From Paramoeba atlantica (lineage: Eukaryota > Protista > Discosea): a DNA stretch of 64,000 nt. The notes under the pieces were generated by a model that worked only from the letters and a program-made list of their open reading frames with translations, was not told where the DNA came from and did not search any database. Positions 62,101-64,000 of the stretch are shown in pieces. The number at the start of each line of letters is the position of its first letter. The first letter of the stretch is position 1. The DNA is taken from NCBI GenBank assembly GCA_977017575.1, contig CDRNVI010000044.1, positions 496,001 through 560,000 of the forward strand, given 5' to 3'. Position numbers and translations under genes: made by a program.

Positions 62101-62981
62101 ATGTGCGGTCAATGGTCCAGAAGTAGTGGACGAGCAGATGGGCATATTCCATCAAATTTTATGAAGTTTCTCATTTCGCACAAGGTTGTGCACGAAGAAG
62201 TTTGCTCTGAGCATAGAGCGAGTGGAACACCAGGAAAGACAAACCCTATGCTAAACATATGCTGGAAAAGCAAGGGCAACAATAAGTGTCGGAAGCGCCT
62301 TCCTCGTCTTTCACCGTATTTTTCTTCAAAGCAAAAACGAGCCAAAGAAAAATTCTTGTTCTGGATTAAGATCTGCCAAAAAGTTGATGCCCAAGCATCT
62401 GCTTCGCAACTTTGCGTCAATAGGAACACAATAACAGAGTGGAAGCGTGAACTGTTGCGCTGGGTGTGGAAGTCTTCAAAGGTGCAGAATGAGACTGTCT
62501 TTTTTTCTCGATGTGCGGTGGATGAAACATTTTGCTTTAAGCGGAAGTATAATGCGGGGCGAAGTCAATCCTTTTGGACTCGAAGTCAATCCTTTTGAAT
62601 GCTCACAATCACTGGAATAGCGCGCGGAGGTGGTTGCACTTCGACAATATGGTACCGCGTGGCGAAAAGGGACGCTGTAACACTGCAAAATCTAGTGAAA
62701 AAACACACTGTGCAGAGTAAAAGAACAGTAGTGTGCACCGATGGATGGCGTGCTATAGAGGCCTGGGCGATACAGTGCGACATCGAACTGTGAACCATTC
62801 CAGAAGCGGAAAATACCGGTTTGTCACAGAGGAGGGGGTGCACACGAATCATGCAGAATCAGCTCTCTCGTCGGTGAAGCGCTCAGTCCGAAGGCAAGGA
62901 AGGTTGTCTATGAAGCCGAGAGAAGCAGAGAAATGCATTGCCCTATATACACTTTGGTTCAAAAGAACCAAAGTTTCATGA
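62101..62981 (+). pseudogene. Merlin (IS1595/ISXO2-like) transposase relic, copy 2
   Basis: CAVDETFCFKRKYNAGR, KRDAVTL, VCTDGWR and HRTVNHS...FVTEEGVHTNHAES; broken by TGG to TGA at 62596-98, a 21-bp-period duplication and a 1-bp deletion near 62750. Confidence 0.9.
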
Positions 62982-63735
62982 ATCTGTGAAGGAATATGTG
63001 AAGTGAGTGGGGTTTTAAGGAGTGTTGTTAAGTTAAGGAGTGTGAATTAGGATGTATGGTGAAGACGTGGTCAATTTTTATGATTTTCATAATTATTTGT
63101 GACAATTCATAAGTATTTGTGACAGAAGTCAAGTCCCAAGGAGGTTTGTACTCGAAAATACGGTATAAAACAAAGTTTTGTGTTAAAAGATGAAATTATG
63201 TCTGAAAAATGCATGATCAGGTTTTTTTATATTTTTTTAGGAGTGGGTGCAATATAACCCGTCTGTAGCCAAAAACATTTATGTTTGAGGCAATAAATCA
63301 CTAAGGAATACTTTACTACACAGAAAAAAATATTTAAAATATTATCTGTCACTCTTCAATTCTCGAAAACGCTAGGCGAAAAATATAATTTTTCAATATA
63401 TAGCACGAAAAAAATATAGTGCTATAAAGTACTACTCCTTCTCTCATTGATTTTCATAAATACAGTGGTGATTAGCGTCTTTTACCCCCCCCTACAGGTC
63501 TTGTATTTTGTCCGATTTTGGAAACATTTGGTATACCACCGTTTTTCGACCCAATCGTTCCGAATCCGAGGTCCTTTTTACTCGAGCGATCCCCTACCCC
63601 CCTAGCCAGGTAGGGGTCAAAAAAGCTAATTACAACTTTTTTGGGTGCACTTTTGCGAATGTTTCGGATGAAGAACAGTAGTAAAGTAAGTCAGAAGACG
63701 CGGAAAAGGAGTGCAAAGTAACCCCTAGTATTTAG

Positions 63736-63984
63736 TCATATACCCTTTGGCCTTCTTGACCAAGAGTAGACGCTTACTACATTCCCGGAAGATATTCTCA
63801 AGCGTTTCCGGTTGATCTTTAGAAAAAAACGAAAAGTTTCAATGATGGACCCGGAGTTAAATTTATGGAGTTTTGCGACTGCCTTATAGGACTTAAGTCG
63901 GTTGTATTCGATCACGAGTGCCGTGCGCATCTCGGGGCGCACGAGAGAGTAAGGTAAACACAGGGAGCGGTGCTCCTTCCTCAT
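63736..63984 (-). pseudogene. N-terminal HTH fragment of a third Tc1-like subfamily
   Basis: PYSLVRPEMRTALVIEYNRLKSYKAVAKLH is homologous to RSYSSPAPVKESHRMLLVAEYERTGSYSATAQHF of the 58859 ORF. Confidence 0.6.
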
Positions 63985-64000
63985 GAATCACCAAAAAATG

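Overview
Eukaryotic nuclear DNA from a kinetoplastid-like protist. Almost every host gene between 1 and 54.6 kb is intron-less and on the minus strand, as in one polycistronic unit. The genes include kinetoplastid markers: a KREPB-type editosome subunit, a KAP-type kDNA HMG protein, an extended uL29m and an ATOM14/Tom22-like protein. The LRR family and the DNA transposons suggest a non-trypanosomatid such as Perkinsela (inference, not shown by the sequence). The stretch from 1 to 45.4 kb is housekeeping: PUS3, CstF-77-like, MRPL47, UBA3 (frameshifted), FPGS, RRM proteins, RPN6, a TYW4-JmjC fusion, DNAJC2, ERH, VMA16, EXO1 and two Cys-rich secreted paralogs. The stretch from 45.8 to 64 kb is a dense transposon field. 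It holds bacterial-type IS30 elements (two copies, one of them at 36-37 kb among housekeeping genes, plus a solo end), an intact Tc1-like element with an unusual DD32E triad and deleted relatives, two Merlin relics, a Harbinger/ISL2EU relic, a gag-knuckle relic and several TA-flanked MITE families. A KAP gene lies between ~380-bp near-perfect inverted repeats. Best candidates for novelty: the eukaryote-resident IS30 family, the inverted-repeat-bounded KAP cassette, the DD32E Tc1 family, a spliced-leader relic, and an RRM protein with a CTD-like hexapeptide repeat. All family assignments come from motif recognition by eye; no searches were run.
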